DNA of 64,000 nucleotides from Tubulanus polymorphus. Its lineage: Eukaryota > Animalia > Nemertea. The DNA lies in contig NC_134025.1 in assembly GCF_964204645.1 (NCBI RefSeq), forward strand, positions 6,138,001-6,202,000, given 5' to 3'. Below, in pieces: positions 26,509 through 39,200 of the stretch. The position numbers were made by a program, and so were the translations under genes. Numbering within the stretch: position 1 is the stretch's first letter; every line of letters starts with the position of its first letter. The notes beneath the pieces are model-generated. The model was not told the DNA's origin. It ran no database searches and saw only the letters and a list, made by a program, of their open reading frames with translations.

Positions 26509-28368
26509 GTTCGTTCAAAACTAAAATTCCGACCTCTGAAATTCCAAAAGTAGCTTGTTATTTAAGTGTTGCAAATGACTTCTACTCTTATTGTGGAGTA
26601 AATCTGTCTCTATCTAAGTCTATCGTCATTTCTTATATATTCGAATAAATTGTTTATTCATAAGAAACTCCATAAATTCAAGAAACCGATTTCATTAGAT
26701 ATCAACTTACCATAAAGTTGTTCTGTTTATTCATTATCTAGAGAGTTAGGCTCGCAGAATTGAGAGAAACTCACGTAAAGGATCAGTTGAAATGACAAGC
26801 ATGCGACATTCCAGGCCCGCAAATTGCACTAATCTGAATATGACTAATAAAGTTTCCCTTTCTCAATAGCGTATTGGTTGCTATAGCAGGGAGCCAAACT
26901 TCATCATCGACTCTGTTTTCGAGTATCAATGGGCGACGTGAACAAAACATAATCACAAATTGTAAACGATTGGGACTTTGAATGTCATAATAAGATCTTA
27001 TGATGAGTCCTATTGAGATTTTACTTTCAAGAATGATACTCGTGATTATATACTAAGATGAACAGACAACTTAAATGCGACCCATTGGCGTTGGACACAT
27101 TCATTATCAGTTAATTTGTCCCGTATTCTTTTGATCCCACCACATATGATGATATCAATGGTTTAAACTAAATGAGGCATCGGACTAATGATATTTTCAT
27201 CACTCTTGAATTAAAAAGCCTGTAAGTATCATCCGGTACAAGATACGGAATTCCTCGTCTATCTATATAGGGCGATTTTTTTCTTTAGAATAGAATGATC
27301 GTTGATCGTATCCCAATTAAATCATATCTATCTAGCATACATACCTTATGTTCGATACAGATGACGCATATATCTTTCCCGCTGCCGACTATCAGTTGTG
27401 AGTTGACGGTGTTCTTGTTACTTATTATATGTGCAATGAATAGCGAGAAAGTCGCAGTATATATAGGAAATACTTTTACTACTAAAGAACCACACCGTCA
27501 GTAACCTAAATAACGAGTACTTTAAAAACAGCTATAACCCTTCTAACGTTGTCTTCGCGTGTCGCACAGTGCGAGGTATTTCGCATCTATGAAGTAGTAT
27601 ATGGTAATACCTCCGGCGTTTAAGTCAGTAAATCTGTACAAATGTGTTTATTAGTGCGATAAGAGGTTTGGTCACACAAGGCATCGATTTTCGGCTAAGC
27701 CTATATCAGTTCAAACCTTTGGAACAATTTGTAAAAGCTCTTCAACTTTATCACAGTGTGTATCTATTACTCGAAGTCTTAGGTATATACCATAACGTAC
27801 TATACAAGGTGATCAAAAGTAGAAAAGTAGACACAAATAAAAGGAGTATACTCCATTTGTAAGCCTTTTCTTCAAACATATAACTAATTTTCAATTTTCT
27901 GAAGGCAAGATGCGCATATTTTTTCTTTTTTGGTGTTTTTTTAAGGATTTCGACATTGTCTTCCTTTCTAATATAAAAAGGCATTGAAGCCCTTTACTAA
28001 CTTTTTATTTTTGCACTAGTTATTGTATTAGTTATATGATTTTCCTTACATTTTATCCATCTTTCACAAAAGCGGACAGTTGCGCAGTTTTTTTGCGGAG
28101 GTTTCTTATCAGTGTGTCTGTGTTATTTCAGGCGCGTGCTTTTGAACCCAGATCGACCAAAAATAATGTAATTTGATTTCTTCCTCTCGTAGTCGTTCTA
28201 TGTAGGCCAGTCTATACAGAAGCTGATCACGTTTTGGATAACTTTATCAACTTGATACTGGATGTTTAATTACATGTCAAGCACGAAACAATGCATATTG
28301 TTCTTATCAAAATGGGTCGGTGAATGTATATGAGGCCTAGACTTAGAAGGAAGCATTCGTCTTCCAAG

Positions 28369-31300
28369 ATGGGGTGGTTTCATTTGCCAGTGGCCATATT
28401 TATTTTAGGTTCAATATTTTGTTTTACAGCCAGTTTTGCTGAAGGTAAGCGAATTTTTCGATCAAAAATGTAAATAGTTTTATCAGTCCATAATTCAATT
28501 TTTGCGGTTAACATAATTTTCAACTGACAAATTGCATGATCGTTCTCTGTATATAGACCCTTCCAGGAAAAGATGACTACATATTATAAAACCCGAACTA
28601 AACGTAACTAAAAGAATTTTTTAAACTATGCATGATGCCAACATGATAGAATGAATAGGAATATTTGTGGAGGCCACGATTTTTCCTGGAAAGGTCTTGG
28701 AAAAGTGTCATTTTTCATTACAGAAAAAATCATATGTTTTCCTTTATTGATATTTATTTGTTGCATTAATCAGACAAAAACAAAACAAATGAAAAAAACT
28801 ACTATAACGACGAACATCGGCTAATAACGGATGTATTTAAGGATTATGAAAGTTCAATTCGACCAGCAAAATTTCAAAACCAATCGGTTGAAGTTCAGTT
28901 CTCGTTGGCTATGGTTAATCTAGTCAGAGTGGTGCGTAGATGACTTGAATTTTTTTTCGGTTAACATTGTTCGTTTCGAACGTAACTTCATCAATGTCTT
29001 ACATTTTCTATCGCTTAGGACGAAGCACACAGTCAGTTATCCTTCCATACTTGGGTTCGAATGGTAAGTTACTTAAGACGTGACATCAGAATATCTTGAA
29101 TTATTTTTCTGAGCTGATAGGAGAAAATTTTGCGGAAATGCATATTCTAAAGCTATAAATTTTCATTACACGTATTTGATTTTCATTTTTTCGTTTCCAA
29201 AGTATCAGCAAGATATAAAATCTTTAAGTTGATTAAAACAGAATGTCAAGGGATTCAAATGTAAACTCATATGAAATAGCACTAGATTAAACCGTGAGGT
29301 TACACTTCCAAATTCCACACTTTACCTCCAGACCTGGATCGACGAAAGACTGGAATTTCTACCGAGTAATTACAGTAATATCGAAACGATTCGAGTTCCT
29401 TCCGGTAAATTATGGAGACCGGATATACACCTCTACAACAGGTAAATATGGTATAGTTTTAATCATGGACTCTAAAACGAAAAAGTTTAAGAGTCCATGT
29501 TTTAATCGTATATCGTATATCTTTAATTATAAAATAAGTTCTTCCTTTGTTTCTCCTCACATACGAAATCTATATGACCGAGAGTATTGTTTTTTGTATG
29601 GTAAAAGTGTTTATTTGTTGTCGTTATCGAAAGCCGAACCAAGGAATTTCAAAAATCTTGTTTTTTTTAAAAGAATTGTTAATGTTTTGTGTATTCATTT
29701 GCATCTATGTATTCTGAATTTTTCGTTTCAGTGCATGGGGCTGGGGATCTGTAACGAGTAAAACGTCTTACAGTTCCCTGTTGCACTACAGCGGTAGAGT
29801 CTCATTTATCCCGTCCCAGTACATAGCTGCATACTGCGAAATGAATCTGAAGAGATTCCCATACGACAGCCACACCTGCATGCTGACATTCGGTTCTTGG
29901 TCATACGATGGTAACTTGGTAAGATCCCATTTAATGTCTAAAAATGAAATTCCGAGATAAAAGCCGCGATCACACGAGCGTTTTTGGGCCAGGCCAATCG
30001 TTCACACGGGGGACAAATGGGCCCGTGCGTGTTTTTCTCGGCCGTAAATGTCGGACCGAAATTGCATCCATAAGTAACTCACTTCGCTTTGTCAGATCAT
30101 TGTTTAGTATGGAATGAGTGGTTTGCATGTGAACGCGCTCTCTCTAATTATGCATGGGCCAAATTTGACCAAATCGTCTCCGTGTGATCGCGGCTACAGC
30201 AATAATTATATTCGCATAGCCATGAGTTGTATCAACGACCGTCAGAAATCCGCACACTGGCATTCTCAGCAAAATTGTATCTTCATTCTTTTAGCTGGAC
30301 TTAAAGTTACCCGGAGGTGTCAATAACATGGATTATTCCGACTATTCCGCTCATGACGAATGGAAAATAACTCACTCAAATGCTAAAAGAAATGTGAAGT
30401 ACTATCCAAGTTCCAGCACGCCGTATCCAGACATCACCTTGAATATAACCTTGACCCGTGTCAGCGGACATTACGTCCATATTTTCGTAGCACCAGCGGC
30501 TGTTCTGTCGATCTTGATCCCGTTTGCTTTTCTCCTGTCGCCCGCTACAGGCGAGAAAACATATTTGTGTAAGTCGGCGGAATAAGGTTCTGCAACATAT
30601 CAATCATCATTATTATCTTTATATGCCTTACGATAAATGCAGATATAACGACAGTTTGATAATACACTCATTCTTTATTTCAAATTACTAATTCCTCTGT
30701 TCATAAATTCCAAAGGTCTTGGTCTAATCATGGCATATACGTTGTTGGTGGTTCTCTTAGAAGATGCTTTTCCTTCTGCCCAAGGTAGTGCACCGTACTT
30801 GGGTAAGTTTGAGCTGTCGGGCTATACCTTAACGTCATGTACGTACTAACAGTTGAACTAATGAAATATATTTCATTATTTGGACAAAGTGCAGCTTCGA
30901 GATTTTACAATTTTCTATCCCACCTGATGATCAACTGAAATATTGCAAGGGTGTCATCCCTTAACAATTCCCAAACGATTTCCTTATTTCAGCTTTTAGC
31001 TATTTTCCATTACAGTTCAGTTTTACGCTTCTTGTTTCACAATGACAGCGTGTGTCCTCATCTTGTCTCAGATGCTCTCGTTTTTGTGGCGTGCTCGGAT
31101 TTCGAAACCACCACCGGCTATCCTGGATACGGTCAGTGGCCATTATCGAATTTGATAATTCAAGAAACGATTCAGAATCAATCGAGATTTGACCCAACTC
31201 TATGTCTAATTAATCTATTTCAACTTTTCAGTTGATAATCGGGTGTCTGGGGCGACTTTTGTTCGTCGAACGGGAAACCTACGGAGGACTCGAAGAGCCG

Positions 31301-31468
31301 ATCGTTCCCAGTGATGATGCAACGGATACGGCTAAAATACAACCATTTCAAAAACCGGCGGCCATGATGGACTGGAAACTAATCTCCACATGTCTCAGTC
31401 GCTTCGGTTTTATCGTCTTTCTCGCAGCAGTTATTGTTATGGATTGCGTGATGCTTAATTATGGATAG
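28369..31468 (+). CDS. Nicotinic acetylcholine receptor-like Cys-loop subunit (cation-type, lacks vicinal Cys), 9 exons
   Basis: Signal exon 28369-28444 (MGWFHLPVAIFILGSIFCFTASFAE), then ~28774-28931 (EHRLITDVFKDYESSIRP), 29020-29063, 29332-29441 (LWRPDIHLYNS), 29732-29918 (Cys loop CEMNLKRFPYDSHTC, FGSWSYDG), 30295-30568 (RNVKYYPSSSTPYPDI, M1, GEK), ~30716-30802 (M2), ~31016-31131 (M3) and 31232-31468 (M4, TAG). Confidence 0.9.
28555..28697. mobile_element. Short MITE-like element in intron 1 of the nAChR-like gene
   Basis: 18-bp inverted termini agacccttccaggaaaa / ttttcctggaaaggtct with 1 mismatch. Confidence 0.55.
29962..30195. mobile_element. MITE (Harbinger-like) in a nAChR-like gene intron
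   Basis: Perfect 15-bp TIR agccgcgatcacacg / cgtgtgatcgcggct with a GC-richer interior. The spurious ORF 30114-30326 overlaps it. Confidence 0.75.
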
Positions 31469-32068
31469 GCAAGCGGCACAAAATTCGAGCACCTACTTCG
31501 ATTTCAATAAATCGTAATCAGAAAACATTTACATCATGTTTATCATCATTCTATGCAAATGTATATAACCTCTCATAAAAGTATCGTTACCCTAGTGTTG
31601 AGGATTTTGTACATATTTTACATTAAACATTCGCTGAAAGTTCTCTGGAATAAAATTGCTAATTCATTATCATCTAAAGCTGATGCCTCCTTTCTCTACT
31701 CATACACATATTATATCTCTCTATCTATATATATATTAACACATATGTTCTGATATGAATTAATATACATATACTGAGCGCTTTGCTTCCATAGCGACAG
31801 TTGAGACAATATTAATTGGTTGGTTCTGGTTTACATCACCCAAATAGGAGAGCGGATGCCTACATGGGGGCTGACCAGACACTAAAAACAATGTTGCAGC
31901 AGTTACACGGTTCATTGAAAATACCATGTAAAATGACCATATGAATAACACGTCTACGTAGCTGTTTGCTAAACCTACACTGGCTCCTCTGTGGTTTTAT
32001 TCAACGCTGGATTAATGAAAGAAGGAGCTAACACAACGCAACAGTAGAGGATTCAATTTGATTTTAAA

Positions 32069-34596
32069 ATGAAGTCTGTCCTCTTCGTGGTACTAGTTTT
32101 GGTCTTAGTATGTTTTGCCGACAATGACAGGTAATCTAAAACGACTCCCGGGTCCACGGTGTTGTGGATTTAATTGGTTAGTTCATTTGTTTCTATCACT
32201 TTCTTCTTATAGATGTTCTTTCTATGACAAACTACTGACGAATTATGATAAAAGTTTAACTCCCAATCGCGGTAGGGTGACGTTGCCCGTTTGATACGGT
32301 TTGGCTTAAACAACTTGAAAATTCTAAATTTTGCCTTTGATCTTCAGATGGACCGACAACAGTGCAGCTAGGAGTTTATATCAAAAGTCTATCCGCAATT
32401 AGTGAAAAAACTATGGTAAGCAATCTGAACTGAAAATCGATCACTAGATTTCGCGGCAGAGTTCGCAGATCGCTGATCCGTTGTCGAGCGTATTTTCACC
32501 TGGTTTGCGGTGGACGCGTACAAACTTATCATTTCTGTTTCAATGAAAAATCAGAATGAGATAAATCAATAGGAAAATCCGCCGCGAAATCCTCTGCTAT
32601 GTTGTTTGTTGATTGAAAATCCCAACGCGCACGACGCAGGGAAACATAGCAGGAATATATGTTTAAAACGTTTCTTTTCGTTTCGTTTCGATGCTACCGA
32701 AAACACCAACTTTTCATTTCAACATGGCGTTAAAACCACCTTCTCGTTTTACTGCCACATTAAAACCAATTCTTAACGTGGCGTTTTTTGTATTATTCAA
32801 AAAGTGGAAATCGAGTGTTATATTCACCTTGTGGCCCAAATCAGCCACCATAAAAATGTCACTACCTTCTCGTACCATACCGGGCGGGGTGAATTGTGGT
32901 ACGCGTAGAAATGTACATACTGTGAACATCTTTTGACACGGTTAAAAAGTATTTTAGAATCATTCTACATTATGATATTCGTTCATTCATGCTTGCCGCA
33001 GCTAATTTTGCCAGATGTGCGGTGGACTTAATTCAGCGTTAATGCGTAAACACAATGAACGTGTAGTATGAACTTTGCGCTGCACAATTTGTGTGCGCAA
33101 TTTCGCTCGGCGGGAAATTCATAATTGCAGAAAAATCCTAAATTTGCTAAATCTAAGTTTTTTTTACCTAAGGGGGAAAACTTATATAGAAAAATAAAAT
33201 CATCTTTGACTCAAAGCTTTGGAATACATCTTTTTAAAACTTGATCCTGAGTAGATATATTATATATATTATATATTTCTTATTTCTTATACTGAATGTT
33301 GAATATCTGATATACACGTAGGACTACTCTGTTGATATGTACTTGCGTCAGTATTGGACCGACGAAAGACTCAAATTCCAACCCGAAAGCAATCAAACGA
33401 AAAATAAAGTGATAAAGCTACAAGATGGTACTTGGGATAAGATCTGGGTTCCGGATTTATTTCTTCGAAATGAAAAAGTTGGTGATTTCCATATTGTGTC
33501 CACGCCGAACAGGTTGTTAAGAATCTACAGTTCTGGCAAAGTGTGGTACGCGATCAGGTAAATTTGAATATGCAAGTTTGACGATATTTAGGACGACCAT
33601 AAAAATAATTAGATAATATACATATATATTCATGTCGCTTTCAGATTAACGGCAACACTCTCATGTCAGATGCGGTTAGACAGTTTTCCATTTGACAGTC
33701 AAACATGCCCTTTGATGATGGAATCATGTAAGTCTTCGACATTGCTACAGTATACGTATCTAACCTGCTGATTATATGCGACAATAATCTTTTCTTTTCA
33801 CTTAAGTTGGATATAGCACCTCAGATATAAAATTCGAATGGTTAGATTCGCCCATCAGAATGGAACAACAAGAAATGCCTCCATTTAAACTCATAAAACA
33901 TTCGCTCGTAGACTGCTCTGCAAATTATTCCACTGGTATATAATGAATACTCCTCGAATAATGCGCTGACATTTTTTGTTATACGAAATTAGAAGTAACG
34001 TATATTTTTCATTTCTTTTACTGAAAGGATCGTACCCTTGTCTACAATTAGACTTCCATCTACACCGAGTCGGTGGTTTCTACATGCTACAGTTCTTCAT
34101 TCCGACTGCTTTGTTAGTAATGCTATCGTGGGTAGCTTTTTGGTTAAATGTCGATGCCGTGACACCGCGGATGTCAATAGGAATGATAATGGTACTGACG
34201 ATAACCCGATGCAACGAACTGCTTCTACTACCAAAAGTGTCATACATCAAAGCAATAGACATTTGGCTACTGATATGCTTATTGTTTACTTGTGGGGCTT
34301 TACTTGAGTCAGCGATGGTGACGTGTATCTGTGACAATGATCATTTAAAAGCGAAGGTGAATCCGATACTTCAGGTAAAGATTCTTCTGTTTTTTAGAAT
34401 ATTGCCTAATATCATCATAATCGTATTGACCTTAACAATTATCTTTCAGTTTCATAAAATGGCTCGAACGCATCGGCATCTAATGTCAGAGAAAAGGAAA
34501 GCAGAACGAATCGATTATATAGCTCGAATACTTTTCCCGTTATGTTTTATCATCGTCAACATTATATACTGGACTGTGTACTTTGTCAAACGTTGA
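32069..34596 (+). CDS. Glycine/glutamate-gated chloride channel-like Cys-loop subunit (GlyR/GluCl-like), 8 exons
   Basis: Signal exon 32069-32130 (MKSVLFVVLVLVLVCFADND), then ~32213-32270, ~32349-32415 (GPTTVQLGVYIKSLSAISEKTM), 33322-33557 (DYSVDMYLRQYWTDERL...IWVPDLFLRNEK), ~33645-33727 (Cys loop CQMRLDSFPFDSQTC), ~33807-33935 (GYST...DCSANYST), 34028-34374 (GSYPCL, FFIPTALLVMLSWVAFWL, LPKVSYIKAIDIW) and 34450-34596 (IDYIARILFP). The second, loop C disulfide is as in GlyR/GluCl. Confidence 0.92.
32621..32646. mobile_element. Solo TIR of the MITE family found at 36869-36955
   Basis: cccaacgcgcacgacgcagggaaaca closely matches the TIRs of the 36869-36955 element. Confidence 0.6.
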
Positions 34597-34709
34597 CGAA
34601 AAAAGAAGTTTCTTCTTCAAGAGAAAAAAAATTGAGGAACAAACGCAACTGATAACACGAAGATCATAGTTGACATTTTTCAAATTTGCGTAGGTAAAAA
34701 ATATTCAGT

Positions 34710-35739
34710 TTACATTTGCGAGATTTGAATTTCAAACATCCGGTCTTCTGAACCGTCGCCTTTGAAATCGACGACTACGTATTTTCCTCTGCTTCCCCAT
34801 GACGTACTGACGCTAGAAAAGCCATATTTAGCATTTCCGCAGTAATTCATGACTCCAATCGGTTTTGTCAGATCAGTTAAATCGTTGTACGACCTCAATT
34901 CTAAGTAGTACTCTCTATGACATTTCCACATCAGCGGTAGTTTTACATTGTCCAACTTGACGATATTCCACACCAAGTTCTAGAATGGCAAAGTATTATG
35001 TTAACGCTAACGACACCTGCTATGTAACATTCAACAACTGTTCAAATATGTGGGGTACGATTAGTTTTTTCGAGCAGATAAGATTAGAATATTCCTGACA
35101 ATATCTGGCGCAGCTATACGTATCTCAGAATATATAGATGCGGTGTTATGATTTATTTCAATGAATAATATTTCATTCGTGTCTTGACCCAATAATATAT
35201 GCCTACATACGTCGCATGTCGTTGTAGAAAGATAGCCCGTTGATCGGACATTTTGATTAAATGTCATCATTTCCGGGAACGCAAATCGTATTCTAGCTTC
35301 CTAGGTTACGAATACAAAGCCCGCCACATACGAACGATTACGGGAACATAGATGTTTACGTTTACTTGTACTAACCTTGTCGGAGTTTGACTTAAATATA
35401 GATCTACATTCCATCGGATCAGAGCCGTCTGCTTTACGATTATACGCCAATGTTACAGGCTCGATACCAACAGTTATAGGGTCCCCCGAATTACGACCGG
35501 CCTGACATCCCGCTAACGCATTGCAAGCTTTAGTAAAAAAGACATATATAAGAAAATTTCACCAAAAAACACCTGGGTAATCATTACAGTTTCTATATAC
35601 ATTTAAAAAGGAAAGTTTTATGTGAATCAAAAATTAAAAGTTATTAGTTTTGGATGTCGAATGTAAGAATTATTCGTAGCAGAAATTGTAAAATGTTCAT
35701 ACCTCCAAAAAGAGCGACAAGAACTATGACAGAGAACAT
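34710..35739 (-). CDS. Small secreted protein (~152 aa) with a single CUB-like domain, 3 exons
   Basis: Exon 1 35739-35703 (MFSVIVLVALFG), exon 2 35527-35376 (ACNALAGCQAG...YNRKADGSDPMECRSIFKS) and exon 3 34979-34710 (KCHREYYLELRS...NYCGNAK...GSRGKYVVVDFKGDGSEDRMFEIQISQM*). All junctions are GT-AG and phase-compatible. The C..C..C-x-YLE..YCG..S-x-G..V-x-F-x-x-D..F pattern is CUB-like. Confidence 0.75.
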
Positions 35740-36266
35740 ACTAGAAACGCCTGTTGGATTAAACTAAAACGTGCGAGTGCCTTAATACCCGTGAATATCT
35801 ATTCATATCGGATATTGATATGTTTTATCAGTTCACATGACAGGCGAATAAATTATCCACAACGAACGTCTGCCCGCGTGTACAGGGTTGTTTGAAATTG
35901 GGTGCGGCTACAGGTGAATACTGTCAATGTATAATAAATAGACTCGAAAAGGAAACTACATTCCTACTTCTCGTAGAGTTTGCTGGCTCGTGGCAAAACA
36001 ACATAAGGTTTTTAGCTTTTCATCGCACTAATTTGTATAAAAAGTTATATATACATTACAGTGAATATTAGTTATAGCAAAAATTCACAGTCTTTATGAA
36101 TTTCTGGTTATAGCCCTACAAGGGATGTATTTCGTCTTTGACCTTTTTGAGTTTTAGCTGCTCTATAGATTGTGTTAGAAAAGAAAACACTGCAGTACGA
36201 GCGTGGAGACTTATTTCAATTCAATCCGCTAATGATGATCGGCAGTGAATCTTACTATCGGCTTCG

Positions 36267-39200
36267 TTATTTCGATCCATGAATCAACAGCGAGAATATA
36301 ACAACGATAACAAGCGCCGTCAATAATAGATAAATCATCAAAAATAGACGATCTAAAAGTTTCGCCAGTAATCTCCAATCCCTTAGGTTTCCCTCTCTCC
36401 ACGCGGCTTTGTCCGAGCCCGGTTTGATTTCACCCCAAATGTAATTTTCTATGCCGTGAAAGTCTGTTTCGTCGGTTTGTTTTGCGTCGGCTTCATGATC
36501 GACCGGATGATGATTTTCTGGTATCTTTTTTGGGCGCGTTTCGGCGCTGTGTGATATCGCATTACAATTGCTATAGTTTCGACAGGTTTGCCCTCGGGCA
36601 GTAGTATACGCGTTGATTAGACTATGTCCTCTCGTTACCGGTATAATGAATCGGTAGACGAGTTTTCTAAACCATTCCGGTACCGGTCGATGTTCGATAT
36701 AGTATAGGTTTGTCAGCAATACGGAGAGAAGAACAGAAACGACAGCCATCATCATTAGACACGATATGTACGTAACTAGAATAGAAAAAGGTTTGAACAT
36801 TCGTCAAAATAAAATGCTTACAAGCAGCCGTGGATCCAGAAGAATATTAGTAGCCCCACATTACCTTAAGCCCAACGCGCACGGCACAGGGAAACACTTG
36901 GAAACATGTTTCTTTCTCGTATTTCCGCGTTTCCCTGCGTCGTGTGCGTTGGACTTTAATAAACGGTTGTGCATTTGGTAAGTTTATTTGACCATGTGTC
37001 CATGATTTTACTAATACTAATTATTCAAAAGTACGAAGGACGAAGCACCTCCGTTCTTGCCACATGCCATATCCAGCTTCCTATTTTTCATCGCGTAAAA
37101 ACATTTCAATGGATAGCTTACCTAATAATGGAGTTGAGTCGGATGAACGCGGCAATAATCCAATCATAGTCAATTGAAATACGGAGTAAGCAACTAGCAG
37201 GGTCATGCTAAGAGATATCTTCTCGCCTGCGTCCGGTGGTACGTAAAATGTCAGCAGTATCAGCATTGACATAGCGCTCACTGGAAGCAGGATATTGATG
37301 ACAAAATATGTGGATTTTCTAATGATGCGGAGCTTGGCTTTGAAATGGGACCATTCGGAGAATGAGGATGTTGTTGTTTTTGATATATTGTACGTAGCCA
37401 CGTAAGCCGATGACGCGTGTAATAGCCATTGGCTGTTAGTCTGCAATCGAGACGTATCAATCACATCATTGATGGCGTTAAACCTTAGAAGCGAATGCGG
37501 GTATGCCCAGCTTTCGAATTGGAATTCACATTCGTGCTCATCGAACGGGAAATACGTCATGTCGATATTACAACTGACCACAAATACACCACCAGGGTGC
37601 CACTCTACCCGACCTGTTGTGTCTATCATCAGCCGGTACTTGCGATCCTTCGAGTCAAAAAAGCTTTCTCCGTTAAGACTGTAAAAGTTAAATGTGCGCG
37701 TCAACTACAGTTTTAACTTTGAATTTCAAAATACAAATGGGGGCAATTGAGAGCAATTACGCCAGAATGCCTTAAAGCTGCATTATCCCATTGGCACCCC
37801 GCAAAAAAAGAAATTCCTTGGTTTAGCGAGACAAAACGGATCTCTTAGAAAAAACTACGCCTATCCTAGTTTTAACCATCCTTTCCGCGCGGTGGGGGTG
37901 TCAAAACATCTTCAGCGAGTCAAAACAGATTTTTAAGCAATTATGGCGTTTTACGTTGTATTAGCGATTCTAATTCATTTCTCAATACCTTACCCGTTCG
38001 AGTTGGCAATATCTGGAAGCCAGACGTGATCGGAAGAAATAAAAACATGAGTAACGTCGTCAACGTATTCTGAAGTGTTCCACGTTAAACTCGCATCAAA
38101 CCAGTACTGCATGAAAATAACAATAACGATATATAATAATCTGAATCAATTCTTTTTTCATAAGTTGATTTTGAAATATTTTCATCCCCTTTATCTCGTA
38201 TTTTTTTCAGCTGTCCCTTGTTTTATTATTTGATTACTCCAGTCAATAATTTTGTGTATACGTACCACATCCAAGTACGCAGAAACTGAAATCGTCTCCT
38301 TCAGATCGTTCTGTAAAACATTCATTGATTTACATTTTATTTCTATTAAACATTTATTTAACCTATGCTATAATACATCGATATACAACAGGTACAAACT
38401 GATGAATGAATCTCATATAACGTGAAGCGTTCAGCTCATACGTGTTTCTTATTTCTTCAAAAATGAAAAAAAAAATTATTTGAGCAATTATTATCGGAAT
38501 ACCTCGGAAGGACTTCAGAAGAAATAGAATAAAAAATGAGCGAAAATTGTGATGGGAGAAATGAAAAAAAAATTAACTTTTTACAAATCGTAAGATTGAA
38601 AATTAAGATGGACATAACCTTTACAAGTTACTAGATTAAAAATCAAGACGGACATGAAAAAAATAAAAAAACAAAAATGTTTTTTCTTATTGCAAAATTG
38701 TGATAAAAATACGAAGGGGGACTAAGAGGTTTGTGTCTAATTTCATCATTTTGCGAAATTCTGGGAGGCGGATCCGTGCTCCTAGTAATTAAAGAAAGAC
38801 CTAATCGATGCATATACACATTTTCATTTTTCATCCATGTGTCTTTCGTGTTTCAATTTTTGCGAGAAAATTAGTTTATCTCTATGTTTTATGTAATATT
38901 CTTTTTCATCAATTTGAATTTGTCTAATCCGATGTATATATAACGAGTCCAGATGGATTCAGAGAGGTTGCTGGAATTATTTCATTACATCCAATCATTC
39001 ATCCTTACATTAGGAAATATCACTTTATCCCAATTATATGTATATACGTTCTATTTGCTGCCCCCAAAATGATTACTAATCTATCATGATAATGACGAGT
39101 TTAGGAGTTGATACGATGTGCAGCAGTGTGATTTATGTATGTCTAACAATGTACTCGAATGTGCTGAACTAGTCACACTTTTTAATGTGCTCCGTTATTT

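Noticed and set aside
29294-29761. 155-aa ORF
   Set aside because: Overlaps true nAChR-like exons in a different frame plus an intron.
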